The notes under the pieces were generated by a model. That model was not told the origin of the DNA. It did no database searches and saw only the letters and a program-made list of their open reading frames with translations. From the human T2T-CHM13v2.0 reference genome, Homo sapiens, in assembly GCF_009914755.1 (NCBI RefSeq), contig NC_060928.1: DNA of 64,000 nucleotides. One strand, 5' to 3'. A program made the translations under genes and the position numbers. Below are positions 30,528-43,789 of the stretch, piece by piece (the stretch's first letter is position 1; every line of letters begins with the position of its first letter).

Positions 30528-30691
30528 CAGTGGTTCTCAAGTGTGGCTTTGGGACCGGTAGTGTGAACATCATCTGGGAATTGTTAGAAATGCAGACTCT
30601 CTGGCCCAGACCAGATCTGCTAAATAAGAATCTGGAGGGGTGGGGTCCTCCAGTTAATTCTGAGGCACTAACAACTCGTTGAAAGCCAGTG
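30528..30691. mobile_element. MER5A hAT-Charlie MITE
   Basis: cagtggttctcaagtgtgg...catcatctgggaattgttagaaatgcagactctc...gaaagccagtg. Confidence 0.85.
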
Positions 30692-30809
30692 CTTTAGCTA
30701 AGATAGTTATAAACATAGCTGGGCTTTCAGCATCCTACTCAGTACAGGCCAGCCAGATTCCAGACTTGTATTTCCTGCTTTCCTCTATCACCAGAACCTC
30801 CATTTCATA

Positions 30810-31133
30810 TGTGAACCTCCAAATCTCAGACAGGTTTCAGTCAATTTAAGAAGTGTATTTTGCCAAAGTTAACTACATGCACCCATGACACAACTTCAGG
30901 AGATTCTGATGACATGTGCCCAAGGTGGTTGGAGCACAGCTTGGCTTTAGACATTTTAGGGAGACATGAGACATCAGTCAACACATGTAAGATGAACATT
31001 GATTCGGTCCAGAAACGCAGGACAACTTGAAGTAGAAGAGGGACAACTCGAAGTGGGGAGGGGTCATCAAGGTCATAGGTAGATAAGAGACAAATGGTTG
31101 TCTTGAGGCCCCCAAATTTATTTTCCTTTCACT
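30810..31133 (-). mobile_element. ERV1 MER4A-like solo LTR, internally deleted
   Basis: gatgacatgtgcccaaggtggttggagcacagcttgg...tttattttcctttcac; 4-bp TSD cata at 30806 and 31134. Confidence 0.85.
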
Positions 31134-31604
31134 CATAATTTAGCCCTTTGTGAATGCAGGCTCCTCTGTGCTTATCAGGTTTTTCATAATTTTGAGTTTT
31201 TTTCTTTTGCTTCTTTAGTCCAGCCATTTTTTCAAGTCTGTGTTTATGCCTCACTTCCATGAATCTCTTCTGAAGTGAAATCCTATAGTATTTATACAAT
31301 AGCAATACTATTTAAGAGTGGTCATGCATTATTCCCTTTGATCATTATACTTTATGTCTTATGCCCCAAAATAAGCTCTAGGGAAAGAAAGTCAGTGTCT
31401 CTGCCCCATTTTAATTCCCCGCAGTGTCTAGCACAGGACTTCTTTATAGGTTTCGGTGATGAATTTCAGGACTACAGAGACTAATGGTATTGAACACTCT
31501 GGGCTCTTTATTACTCCATGTCAATACAACTTCACCTTCTAACCACCAGCTCTTAGGGACACTGTTTGTAAAAGGAGTCTTCTACATCAGTGGATTAGTT
31601 GAGT

Positions 31605-31740
31605 ACCATTTTAAAAATGCTTCAGAGTTTGCAAAGTACTTTCATAGAAATATGTCATTAGATCCTCATCACAACCCTGTCATAAAAGTGTTTTTATTAT
31701 CTCCATTTTGCAGACAAAGGAACTAAAACCGGTCATGTTT
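31605..31740 (-). mobile_element. MIR fragment
   Basis: gatcctcatcacaaccctgt...ttattatctccattttgcagacaaaggaactaa. Confidence 0.75.
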
Positions 31741-32918
31741 AAAAGTACTGCTGTCTGTGTGAGAGTGGAAAGACTATGGAGGTTAGAGCAGGAATCTCCT
31801 ATCTAGGCAAAGATAGTAAAAATTTCAGTTCCTTTTGTAAATAATTTCAGCTAAAAAAATGTATTGTAACCTTGGATATGCAGGGTATTTATTCGTATCA
31901 AGACTCTGATATCTTGCTTTCCAGGCAAAAGTAAAACCAACCTTTTCAGTTAACTGTAGTTGAAGAGAAAAGAGTGGATTCTGTCTTTGGATGAGGATAT
32001 TAACATTTAAAGGATTGGAAACAATGATCAGAATAAATGTTTATATGTGCACACATGTATACTTACAATTAATGGCAGAGCTTTAAATTGAATTGAAATC
32101 AATTTATTGAATGAATCATATTCAAAATACTTTATAAGAAATTTTATCATTAAGGCAAATACACATGGATATCAGTCTAAATCTGATCTTTTTTTTTTCC
32201 CCTGAGATTTTCCACAAGGGAAGTGGAGGAAGAAAACAGTAGAATATAACATATACAATACCGGCCTCCAGCCACAGTGCTACTTCCCTTAACCGTCTAA
32301 GGAAAATAAATATATATTATGTTCCAGTTCAGTTATCTGTAGCCTGTAGTTAGAGATAGAAAACATATCAGATTGGGCAGAGTCTAAGATTGGCTGGCAT
32401 AGGAAAAAACAGAAACTTGTATAAGCTAAATCAAGTTATGTCACTCGAACTACCATAAAATAGTTTGTTTCTGATTTTTCCTCTTTAATTATCCCCATGT
32501 ACCTTGCACAGTATATTGCATATAGAATGTGTTCAGTTTGTACTTACAAAATTATTTGATGTATACCTAAAACAATATTTTAAATTTGGAAGTTCATAAC
32601 ATGATCCTGAAGGCACTTTGGACAATTTTTGATTAATGACAACTAAAACTTTTCAAGGCAGACCACTAAACACTTAAAAGCGGGGAAGAAACCATAAGAT
32701 TGTGAACACTTGCGGGGTAAAATCAAAAAGCAAGTCAAGAGCATAGGGGTGGCGAAACAGAGCTTGCTGAAGGGTAAGGCTAGCCAGTCATCACAGCACG
32801 AGCAAACCAGACTGAGGACTGAATCATGTGACACTTGAGATCCTTGCGATAGAGTCTTTGGAGCCTGGGCATGACACAACCAGCTTGCTATGTTGACAAC
32901 CCCAGTGCATTGAGACAA

Positions 32919-33024
32919 TGTATTGGTGAGGTGCTGATGTTGTATTGGTGAGGTGCTGATGTTGTATTGGTGAGGTGCTGATGTTGTATTGGTGAGGTGC
33001 TGATGTTGTATTGGTGAGGTGCTG
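32919..33024. repeat. 22-bp minisatellite, 4.8 perfect copies
   Basis: Unit tgtattggtgaggtgctgatgt at 32919, 32941, 32963, 32985 and a partial copy at 33007. Confidence 0.97.
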
Positions 33025-33201
33025 CTCACCCCGACCAGGCCATTTCCCTGCTCTCTTTGCCATTGGTGTTAAAGCAGAGGAAGTGATTATAGAGATATCC
33101 TTTTAAAATTCTTCCTTAAAGTAACGGAATGATGTAACCAAAGGGCAGAAACCTGCAAGTCCCAAATCATTCCTGAAAATGGAATCAGGAATTGAAAAGA
33201 C

Positions 33202-33412
33202 ATGGGAAAGAGATCTGTTGTACAGCGTGATGACTATAGTTGATGACAATAAATAATTTTCTTGAAAAATGCAAAGACGGTGGATATTGCATTCTCATCA
33301 CAGAATAACTATGTGATGTAGTTCGTGCTTTTGTTAACTAGCTAAATTTAACCATTCCATAATATATATACTTCAAAACATCATGTTGTAAATGATAAAC
33401 ATATGCAGTCTT
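33202..33412 (+). mobile_element. L1MA-like 3' end fragment
   Basis: gagatctgttgtacagcgtgatgactatagt...ccattccataatatatatacttcaaaacatcatgttgta. Confidence 0.8.
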
Positions 33413-33652
33413 ATACAAAGGACACAAAGGAACTGTTGAAGCTGGTGAATATGTTCACTACTTTGATTGTGGTGATGGTAAACACAGATGTATGCATATG
33501 TCCAAATTCCCCAAATGTGCATCAGATTGGTGCAAAAGTGCCACTTTTAATGGCAAAAACTGCAATTATTTTTGCATCACCTAATACGTTAATTATATTT
33601 TGCTTTTTGGTCTAGTTTTCAACTATATCTTAATAAAGCTGGAAAAGAAAAG
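33413..33652 (+). mobile_element. L1MC/ME-like 3' end, interrupted by MADE1
   Basis: tatgttcactactttgattgtggtgatggt...tcaactatatcttaataaagctg. Confidence 0.75.
33522..33586. mobile_element. MADE1 (Hsmar1 mariner-derived MITE) with left-arm deletion
   Basis: tcagattggtgcaaaagt...ttttaatggcaaaaactgcaattatttttgcatcacctaata matches the MADE1 palindrome. Confidence 0.88.
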
Positions 33653-34061
33653 CCATAGGAAGTCAGGCAGGCTTTTTCTCACCCTCAGCTCCTCTTCCTC
33701 CTTCTCTCCCTTTCCTTTTTGCTTTCTCTTTTCTTCCTCTCCCTCCTAAGCTCTTTTTCCCTCCTACTTTCTCACCCCTCTAACCCTGTCCTTCCTCTGC
33801 TTTTTTCTACCCTCATCTTATCTTTCGCCATATACAAAATCAAGCAATGGTGGAAGATGGCTTTCAAACTGCTCTCAAGTTGATCTTACTTCTGCTCAAG
33901 GGAACAGCCTAAACCCAGTAAGAATACTCAGAAAAATGTTCTTGGAGAAAAATATCTCTGGGACAGCTTTAGTTTGGTGACCAACTCTGAGCCACTCACC
34001 TGTGGCCAATGGCAAGATTAGTAGTAAATGCAAACTCACCACCACATGTTGTAGAAGGTCA

Positions 34062-34087
34062 GGGGTGGGGTGGGGGTGGGGGGTGGG
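34062..34087 (+). other. G-quadruplex-forming motif
   Basis: GGGGTGGGGTGGGGGTGGGGGGTGGG: five G-runs with 1-nt loops. Confidence 0.7.
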
Positions 34088-36695
34088 AATAATCTTAAAA
34101 AAAAAAAAAAAGAATAGAAAGTAGAAAAAGCCTAGGCTTAATAAATGCCCTGGAAAATACCTGCAACATTAACAAGTGCCTTAGAAAATACCTACACCAT
34201 TCATTCTTATATTCTTACAAATTTTTACATCAGATTACCAAAAGAGAGCATACCTAACGCATGTACTTATTTTAAAGCACTGCTTTTATATAAGTATGAT
34301 AAAATATTTTGCCCTAACTTCATCAAAGTTTGTTTTCAGAAACAGCCCTATCTAGAACATTTGAATTTTGTTTTTGCTAGAAAGGACACCATTCCTTCAT
34401 CATACTGTTTGGTATCTTTCATATAAATCTCAAAACAATAAATACCTCTCTGAGTTCAAAGCTAGGAAAGAAAAACTCTTGATGAGCTATTGTTTCTTTT
34501 TTTATAGTTGACCATAATTTTATACATGCAATGTGACCAATAAATATTTGCTTTGTGGTGGAATACAGTGATGAAAGAAATATACTTTATTTAGCCCTTT
34601 CTCTGGCAGCCAAAAATTTAGTGCTTGGTTTTGTGTTAAATGGCAGTGGCTTTTCTTAGTTAAGTGTTTCTAGTATATTCTTGTTCACCCCGATTTACTA
34701 TTTTAATGCTCTTTTATGATTTTACTCTGTCTGTGCCCTTAAAAAATCTGTTTTGGAAGATGCTGGAGTATAAATAGCATAGAAAGTGAACTGCATATTC
34801 TGACATTTACAGTTCTAAGGATAATTCTATTTTAAGGATGATTCTGTCTGCAAGTAAAGTTATTAGCTATCTATATACTATATGTTTTAGACAAATTTTG
34901 ATTGTCATATACCTTTTCTCAGACTCTATCTACTGTGTCTTGTTTATTGTTGTTGTTGTTTTTCTTCCCATAAAACCATGTCTCTTTTACACAAGAATGT
35001 GTAATGACTCAGTCTGACTTAGTTTATTATTAAACTGATGTTTCAAAGGGCATTTGATTCTTCTGAACCCTTCCATAGGCCCTAAATTTTCTTAATTGTA
35101 CCAAATCCCATATGGATTTCTATACCCCAGAAAGTATGGCTACCCGTCTTGCTCATTTCCAACTTTGTGCTTTTATTTTTTCTGGTTCTTGTTGCATGTG
35201 CTTGCATTTTTTCCTTGGTTTTTCAACTACTCCACTTCTGCCTTGTCTTTCAAAGCCTGGCTTAAGACTAACCTCTTTTAGTAAGACTTACTTAATGAAC
35301 TCTAAGTGACTCTTATTCTGAGTCTTCTTGGAATTATCTACTCAGTTTTTGTTCTATTAATTTGCCCTTATTTGTTTGACATGTTGAAAGCATTCTGAAA
35401 CCTTTTTTTTTTTTTTTTTTTTTTTTAAGTACATGAATGAGTTCTGGCTCCAGTTAGAAAATTTGATGATTGTTTCTTAGAATGTGTCTTCTTTTCCTTT
35501 TTTTATTTTCCCCAAACCACAGAGTTTAATGTGCTCATTAAATAATATTGGCTCCCTAATTCTTAGAAAGCATAGAATATTGATTATGTTTGTCATAGCA
35601 AACATTTTATTAGGAAATAACAAGATAATTATTTTTGTAAAATTTAAATTTCATCTTAAAACGGTGAAACTCATTTTTGTTGTAGTTATACATTAAAGCA
35701 TCCCAAACAGTAGGTTTCTAAGCCAGTTTCTTTGTTTTCCCTCCTATTATTCATATTCTTTCCAGATTGAGGCATATGGCTTTAATTATCAAGTATATGC
35801 TGAGGATATGCAGAGCTACAGCTTTTTTCCTGACTTTTCTAATGAAGCCAGTTCCTAACAGCAACATTTGCCAGAATATTTTGTTGTATTATGACATTAA
35901 ACATGGGCCAGCAGAGGTCTGGCTAATTGAGAATGATACCTTTCCCCTTCCAACTGCTTATTTACTTTCCACGAAGCTAATTTAGTTCAGTTATAAAATG
36001 AAACCTCATAATACAGTGTAAATGAGTTTGTTCACATAATATCAATTGCTAGGATGGGGAAAATCCTAAAAATAAATAAACAAAAATTCCAAAAAAGTTA
36101 TTTTAGAAAAATTAATAAATGCAGCTTTGTTGCTTTTATTTACTACCTGCAAGACTGGAAATGACATAGAGTAATTGTTTTTCTTCCTTCTTTTAATAAT
36201 TGGCAAGCATTATTTGTAATTAGTGGGTAAATTGCTTATAGGCAAAGACTTGCTAAAGAGCTTTAAAATCATAATTTTATTTCATTTCACTGGAAAATAG
36301 AATTATTTCTTATGTGAAGTGATAAAATGTTTTAAACTTTTATAACCAAATTAAGTAATAAATATTATAGATATATTTTATACTTACGATGTATGAAAAC
36401 TTGAAGCCATGTGCACTTGCCACCACTGCCCATTCCATTAATTATCATCATCCATCTCCTTTGAATTATGGGACTCTGATTTCTGTCAAAGCAGAACCTG
36501 TGTTGCCTATTTCATACATGTTGGAAATCTAAATGTTGTTTGCAAATTTGGACTTTTGAATTTTGCTCTAATGGCTGCATACTAATTTTATGAACAATGC
36601 CAATGACTATATGGAACATGATGCCTTTGGCTTTTAGAGCATATTCTACATCAATAAGTTACGCAATGGGAGAGTCAACAGGACTCCTGAGAATG

Positions 36696-36867
36696 CAGTG
36701 GCCATCAAAGTGTGTTTTAGGGAACGTAAGAGTTTCTTAGAACTACCCTACAAGGTTTCTGGGAGAAGAAGAAGGTTATTGGTCAAGTTAGAATGTCCAT
36801 TTCAGTTCTTTGAATGTTTTTAAACAAAATGCAGATTCAAATTGTAAGTAAATTTTGAATACCACTG
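36696..36867. mobile_element. Old hAT-Charlie-type MITE
   Basis: Imperfect TIRs cagtggccatcaaa / tttgaataccactg. Confidence 0.5.
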
Positions 36868-37792
36868 AGTTCAAAAGCTTCTTTCGTAGATAAGAAATTA
36901 TTCAAACAAGTAATTTGATGAATGACACATAGGAATATTTTGCTAATGCTTGAATTTGAACCAGTACTATAAATTCTTAGAGGATTTATCTTTCATTGCA
37001 AGTTGAATAAAATTCGCTCCATAAAGATGTGGAATCTATTTTGATATTTTAATGTTAAACAAATAATTAGTTTTTGAATTTAAAAGGTGGAAAAGTACCA
37101 AACTCCTAAAATTTGCTATAAGGTTCAAAAATGTTAGTTAATGTACTCCATATTGTGTTTGTAGATTTTCTAATTTGTAGTCTTTATCTAGCTCTAATTG
37201 CCAGTTTTGCTGCAATAAAAACAATAGAATAAGAGGTTTACAATTTGAAAAAAAAAATTATATTTGAAAATTGAGTTTGGGTATGTGGGACTTCAAGAAA
37301 AATATTTTTAAAACGTTATTAGATTTTACTTATGTCCTAAGCACTCCACTGTATATTGTGGATTTAAAAATGGAGTCAAATAAGGACTCCACAATTAAAG
37401 AATTCAGAATTCAACAGAAGTGACAATCTAAATATAAACTGTGGTATGATGGTGATGCTATTGTAATGGATAAGTGACTTTGAGCTGGGCCTTGAACTGA
37501 AAATGAGAATGTTCCAAAATAAATGTGTGTATGTACATGTGTGCACACATGTGCACATGTCTGTGTGTCTGCATGTGGGAGCGTGGAAAGTGGGGAGAGA
37601 AGAGAAAGGCAGAAGAATGACAGAGAGACAGAGATATTAATTCATGGTGATGTTAATCAAGTTATGGAAGCTGGAGAATAGGACAGAATATGGGGACATT
37701 TGTGTCACAGATATCTTCAGCTAACGAATGTCCACTAGATAGAAGATAGCTTAGCATTCAGGCAAGTAGTTAAGGCTGGGGATAGTTACCTG

Positions 37793-38230
37793 TTTATTCA
37801 TTCATTCACTATATATTATAGGGTGTTAACTGTGCCTCAGGCATTGTAATAGGAACAATATTAGGGAAGGAAATACGTAGATGAAATGACATGGACTATT
37901 TCTCCAGGAAATTTACAGTCCATCAAGGAGACAAATATAAATAAACATTATAACTTAATTATTATAATAAGATGATTATATTAGAATAATTAGATGAAAT
38001 AAGATGTATAATTAAAATATATGATTTATAATCATGTTAGAATAACTTTAATTTTTATAATTCTAAATACCTCATTCTTATTAAATAAGGAGAATTGTTT
38101 TACCACAGGTGTTTGTTGAGAGTGTTTATTCCATAAGAGAAGATCAATGTATGTATACTATCTAGAAGTCTTCACAAAGAAGGTAGCATTTGTGTAAGGA
38201 TTGACAGATGATGTTGGAAGTCACTGCTAG
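37793..38230 (-). mobile_element. L2 3' end
   Basis: ttattcattcattcact (antisense L2 tail) then gtgttaactgtgcctcaggcattgt. Confidence 0.65.
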
Positions 38231-40267
38231 CATACTAGTAAAATCATAGGACTAGAGTCTATTTAAATATACCAGTTAAGCATATATTTGGATTGGAAAG
38301 TGGATTTTGCTCACATCTCTCAAAGTTAGGCTTTGAATCCTTGATAGCAAATGCCCCTCTGGGTAACAGTCTAAGCTGATTTGATCATACATGTCCATGA
38401 TGTTTGATGTTTTCATGGCACTGAAAATAATCAGACAGGTTCTAATAATTTGCTGAGGAATAATATGCTAGCATCATAACCAGCCTCACCAGTTGATGAT
38501 AGTTTTTCATTGTATCTCAACCATCCTGAGAAGTACCATGGGCTAGTTTTCTGAGGCCTTTTTCTGCTCTCATGAGGGTTTTCTTGACCTGCGTGCTCTT
38601 TTCATGGCTTTTCCAAATTCTTTGGCTATCCTAATTTTATCATTTTTTATTTTCTTCTTTGCCTCTTTTATTTCCTTTTTCTTTAGGTTTTCATTCCATT
38701 TTCTTATTGTTTTCCCATGTAAACCTTACACCATAGCACTGTATTACATACTTTCTCATTTTACACTTCCCTTACCACAAATTTGGCAGTGTTGATTGTG
38801 CAAATCTAGCTGAATGATCAATTTATTCTGTGGTTTTATTTCTTTATCAACTGGTATGTAGATTTTTCTTTTCAACTAGTTTAGAATAAATCAATATTCC
38901 AGGAGGCAACATGGCTCAAATTAGAAGGTCCCACCAAACTCCTTTCCTGCATATAACTTATTGTTGGTTTAAGATCTCCAAACACCACTGAAATCTTAAA
39001 TGTAACTGTGCAAAGTATGAAATAAAAGTAGTGTATTAGGTGATAATGATGTGGTCGGTGTTAGACTAGCACTATTGTGAATTACTCCTCACTATAACAC
39101 AACATCAGTTTTGGATTTTGAAAAATTAGTTATTTTTCATTTGAGTGGTATCTTAGAAGTTTAGAGAGTTATAACTTATGATTCATAGCATGTTTGCAAG
39201 GAAAAATGAATGAATAGTTTTAAAGCATTTGGAAAGCATGAAGTGTCAAATACATAATAATTACATACTCTCAGAAGATAGATATTTATGTTTGTTAGCA
39301 TATACACACCAATTCTAATTTCTCACAGTTGGTTTTGTGGATTCTTTGATTTGGGAATGGTATTTTTTTTTCCTATTTCCAGAAAATTGACAACATGGGG
39401 GGAACATGGATAGTATTAATTCATACCACAAGTAAATCATTTAGAATTTAAGTGTCAAGTCATGGTCTTACAGAGTTAGAAAAATCTTGCAGATCATATA
39501 CTTCATTACTTGTTAAGGAAAGAGACATCCTAATATATAGATAAATTCATTAAGTGGCTTAGCCAAAACTGGTTCCCATGCTTATGTTAAAATTGGGTCT
39601 TTAATTGCAGTTCTCTTCAAAGTAAGCCTGTAAGAAAGTCAGAAAATAAACCAACAGACAAATATTCCGTAGACAACTAAATTTCCGTATCTAACAAAAC
39701 TCAGCTTTTTATTGAGGAAGGACACATGACTGTGTTGTAAAGTGATTCTGCAAATTTGCCAAAAGCATTAGAGGAAATGTCCTGTTGTTATGCAGTCTCT
39801 TTTATGATACTAGACATGCCTTTTTGAATTTTCAGTAAATTTCATAAAGATTTCTATGAATTCACATAGGAAAAAACAGAGAAATAAATTATGATGGCAT
39901 AGGAAAATATTGATGCTATCTGGAGGTAAAAGAAATTTACATCAGAAAAACACATTTCCAATACATTTTCCAATTATTGCTATGAAGTGATATTCGTTTA
40001 CAAAAGAAGTGTTATTGATTGATCTTCAGGAGTAAACTAGTGCAACAGTCTATAAGAATGTTGCATTCTCCCTGAGAAAAGGAAATTTTGTGTCCATATT
40101 GTTACTATAATTTTCAAAATCTATTTTGCTAAATACATTTGTTTTCAAATAGTAATTACAGATAATTATAGCTAACATTTCTTTAATACTGTGATGTCAG
40201 TCACTGTACTAAGGGATTTTCATGAGTTTGCTCACTAATATTTTCTTACATCAATCTTTGCCACTAG

Positions 40268-40970
40268 ATTTTTTAAATAAGAGCTTTCTTGAAGTATAAT
40301 TCAAATGCCATAAAATTCAGCCTTTTAGAGTATGTAACTCGGTGGTTTTATTATATTCATAGAGTTGTGTAACCATCACCCCATCTCACTTTTGAATATT
40401 TGCATTATCTAACAAAAGAATCCCAGTACCCATTGCCAGTCACTTTTTACTCTTCTGACTCCTCCTGGCAACCATTTTCTGTCTCCATGTATTTGCCAAT
40501 TCTGGATACTTTATGTCATTGAAATTGCACAATATGTGGCCTTTTGTGAATGGCTTCTTTCACTTAGCAAATATTTTCAATGTTCTTTCATGGTTTAGCA
40601 TATATTGGTAAGTTATTCCTTTTTACTGCAGAATAATATTTCATTGCATGGATATGCCTTACTTTGTTTATCCATTCACCAGTTAATGATCATTTGGGTT
40701 GTTTCCTCTTTTTAGCTGTCGTGAATTATGCTGCTATGAGCAGTCATGTTGAACTTTTGTGTAGAAGCAATTGTTTCCAATTCTCTTGTGTATATACCTG
40801 GAAGTGTTACTTATTTCCTTTCCAATCTGGATGTCATATATATGTGTGTTTGTACACACACATACACACACACACCCACACTTTTGCCTAATTGCCCTGG
40901 CAAGAACAGAACTTTTAGTAAAATGTGCAAGTGAAGTGGAGAGAGCAGATACCCGTGTTTTATTCCTGTT
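40268..40970 (-). mobile_element. L1MB-like 3' region with a (CA)n run
   Basis: gaagtataattcaaatgccataaaattcag...tggcttctttcacttagc...ttatccattcaccagttaatgatcatttgggttg. Confidence 0.85.
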
Positions 40971-41084
40971 CTTTGGGGAGGACTATTTTTCATAGACACC
41001 AGGATCATGAGCCAGTTGATTTCCAAACCTGCCCTGGAGCTGGAAAGAGGGGAGTAGTAATAGACAAGTTAAAACGAAATAAAG

Positions 41085-41356
41085 GGCCAGGTGCGGTGGC
41101 TCACGCCTGTAATCCTAGCACTTGAGGTCAGGAGTTCGAGACCAGCCTGGCTAATGTGGTGAAACCCCATCTATACTAAATACAGAAAAATTAGCTGGGT
41201 GTTATGGCAGGCACCTATAATTCCACCTATTTGGGAGACTGAGGCGGGAGAATTGCTTGAAACCTGAGTTGCAGTGAGCCAATGTTGCGCCACTGCATTC
41301 CAGCCTGGGCAACAAAGTGAGACTCCTTCTCAAAAAAAAACAAAAACAAAAACAAA
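41085..41356 (+). mobile_element. AluS with two internal deletions
   Basis: cctagcacttgaggtcagg lacks the ggaggccgaggcgggcggat block; (CAAAAA)n tail. Confidence 0.95.
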
Positions 41357-42999
41357 CTTGCTGTTTTTATTGATATTTAGCTATTTTATTTGAATAAATT
41401 ATCCTCAGATTGTTGCATGACTGTGATTTTCAGAGATCTGAAAAAGTTGATTTTGATAATATTTGTCATTGCTTTTCTTGAGTAAAGGACTTCAAAATGG
41501 TTCTTACCTTACCATTCTGGACGTGGCATAAGTTTTTATGAGACATATTTTAGGGGCAGAAAAGGGAAAACTTAGTGTAAAGAGAGGTCTTATGTAAGTA
41601 TTATTTTCTATTTTTAAAAGATAGGACATAATATTTTCTGCAGAAATATTTCTTAACATATATTATCTCCTAATTTTCTTGAAAATTTTAGTATATTTAA
41701 GACTATCAGTTTGGAGTTACCACATGATGTAAGTTTTTTTGTGCTTTAGAAATTGTCCTTTTATTTGCAAGAAAAAGTAGCATATTTGGAGGAGAATACC
41801 CTTATACATATTGAAATGAAAGCCGTTAAGCTTTATAGCGTGCTTTTAGATTCTTCTGGGGGAAAAAAATTCAATGGACTAATAATTGACTGAGACACCT
41901 TTTATGTTTTATTATGTGAGCTGAGAACTTGGATCTGTGCTAACTTTCTCGTCGTCAACACACTGTATTTTTAAACAATCAGTTTCTTTGGGTGAAATAA
42001 ATCTCAAGATAGAATTCAATTTCTTACTGCTAATCCAGAATATGCCCTTGAATCATTCTTTAAGCACTCTTTTTTTAAATCATTGTATGATTATGCATAT
42101 GTTTCACCTCCTTGTTTCTCCCTCTCCCTCCACTGAAAACAGATTGACTTTGTAGTACTCTGCAATTTGCTTTGCCAGTCACATTCTAGCAGCTGAAAAT
42201 CATCCTTGCTTACTTTGTTCTGAATAACTCTGAACCAGGAATTTAGCTTGTTTTTAAAATCTGTTAACTGACAGATGTTTCTCTATAGGCCCCTGTTGTC
42301 ACACAGAACAAAGAGAAAGATGCTTTAGCCAGTTCAATATGCCAAGAAACTGATTTTTCACTATTTGGTTCAAGCTTTGAGCCATAGACAGTTCCTTTAT
42401 TAATTTGTTTTGAAAAATAACACAGGTCAAGGATACGATGTTGTATTGCTTTTATTTCATGTGTAAAGGTTGCAATTATTTAGGAGAAAACATTATGAAA
42501 AATGGTTTCAGAAGAAACTTTATTAGGGACTAGTTAGAAATGTTTGTCAATTGCATTTGCTTTGGATTGTTGCCTAATAGATAACAAGAAATAGGTACCT
42601 ACTGCAAAGATTGGTGCCAATTGATGCAATTAGTTATAGCTTTGAAGTAATTGTTCAGCAATGTTTTCTAAGCTCACTGTGTTCTCCTTGATTAGTGAAT
42701 GAGAGAATTCAGTAATTTGTGTATTGTATTTTCCCTATGTCTCTACTTTAGATCATTTTTAAAATCATCATCCCATCTCTAGAGAGAAAATATGGTTATC
42801 CCTCGCTAGAGAAATTAAATACTGAGGGAAAAGATTATGTTGCACTGGGTTGAACTTTGGAGGCCACAATCGTGGTAATATGTAAGACTTTTGCACCCCC
42901 AAGAACTGTTTGCTTCATTCGGGATGACATTGTCCCTGTTGAGTATGCATGCCTTGTATTGTCTCTTTTAAAACTATGTTTTAAAAGTTCATGATTTCA

Positions 43000-43060
43000 A
43001 ACTAGACAAATGGGATTGCATCAAACTAAGAAGATGACACAGCAAAGGAAACAGTTAACT
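43000..43060 (+). mobile_element. Short L1 ORF2 fragment
   Basis: tagacaaatgggattgcatcaaactaagaag...cacagcaaaggaaaca (DKWDCIKL motif of L1 ORF2). Confidence 0.7.
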
Positions 43061-43377
43061 GGAACTGAAATCCTTCTTACCCTAGTATCTCAAAACCTAC
43101 TTTAAAAGGTTGCCAATAAAGTATAATATAAAACTAATTTTTAAAATTGTTTAGGAGAGATATCTGCCCTTAACTGAGTGGTTCCTTTTCTAATTGGTAT
43201 GAACTCAGTTAAGACAAATTACATAATCCTACACTCAGAGGTAAATCATTTCTGTTTTGTCTGCAAAATATCACCTTCCTTGAATTCATTGTAACTCCCT
43301 GAGGTAAAAAAGTCCATGTTGAATTTATCTTTATATGTCCATGCATTCTTCTTCATACTCTTTGTACCTCAGTTTTT

Positions 43378-43600
43378 CATAGTATGGAGTCCAGGAATTA
43401 GACTGTCTGGGTTTGAATCCTTGTTACACTTATTACTACTAATATGGCAAATCAATTAAAATTCTAGAAGCCTCAGTTTCCTCATGTGTAAAATTAGGAT
43501 GATAAAACCTCATAGAATAGAAAGGTAATGCATGTGAAGTCTTGACATAGAATCCAGCACACTGAAGTAAGGCTTTTCATATGTATAGTAATTAATAAAT
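43378..43600 (+). mobile_element. MIR
   Basis: tagactgtctgggtttgaatcc...gcctcagtttcctcatgtgtaaaat. Confidence 0.8.
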
Positions 43601-43789
43601 ATGTTTCAGGGATCGAATAAATAAACTCAGAATCCTCTCATGCAGTGTCATCACCAGTTAAATAAATTAAATACTAGAACTTTCATCTTAGATATATGCA
43701 ATGGTGTTCTTTCTGTGTAGTCCCAAAGGGCTGGAGAGAGAGCACAGTGTTACCAAAGCCCAGTGAGAGTTGATGTTGAGGAATGGGGG

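Noticed and set aside
32643-33063. Repetitive ORFs, and a possible CRISPR-like array
   Set aside because: The 22-bp units are directly adjacent with no spacers; this is a eukaryotic minisatellite.
39611-39621. 11-nt AG...GTAAGC pair (similar pair at 50191-50201)
   Set aside because: Weak pyrimidine tracts and no regulatory clusters. These show that short AG...GT pairs arise by chance, which is why the microexon confidences are kept modest.
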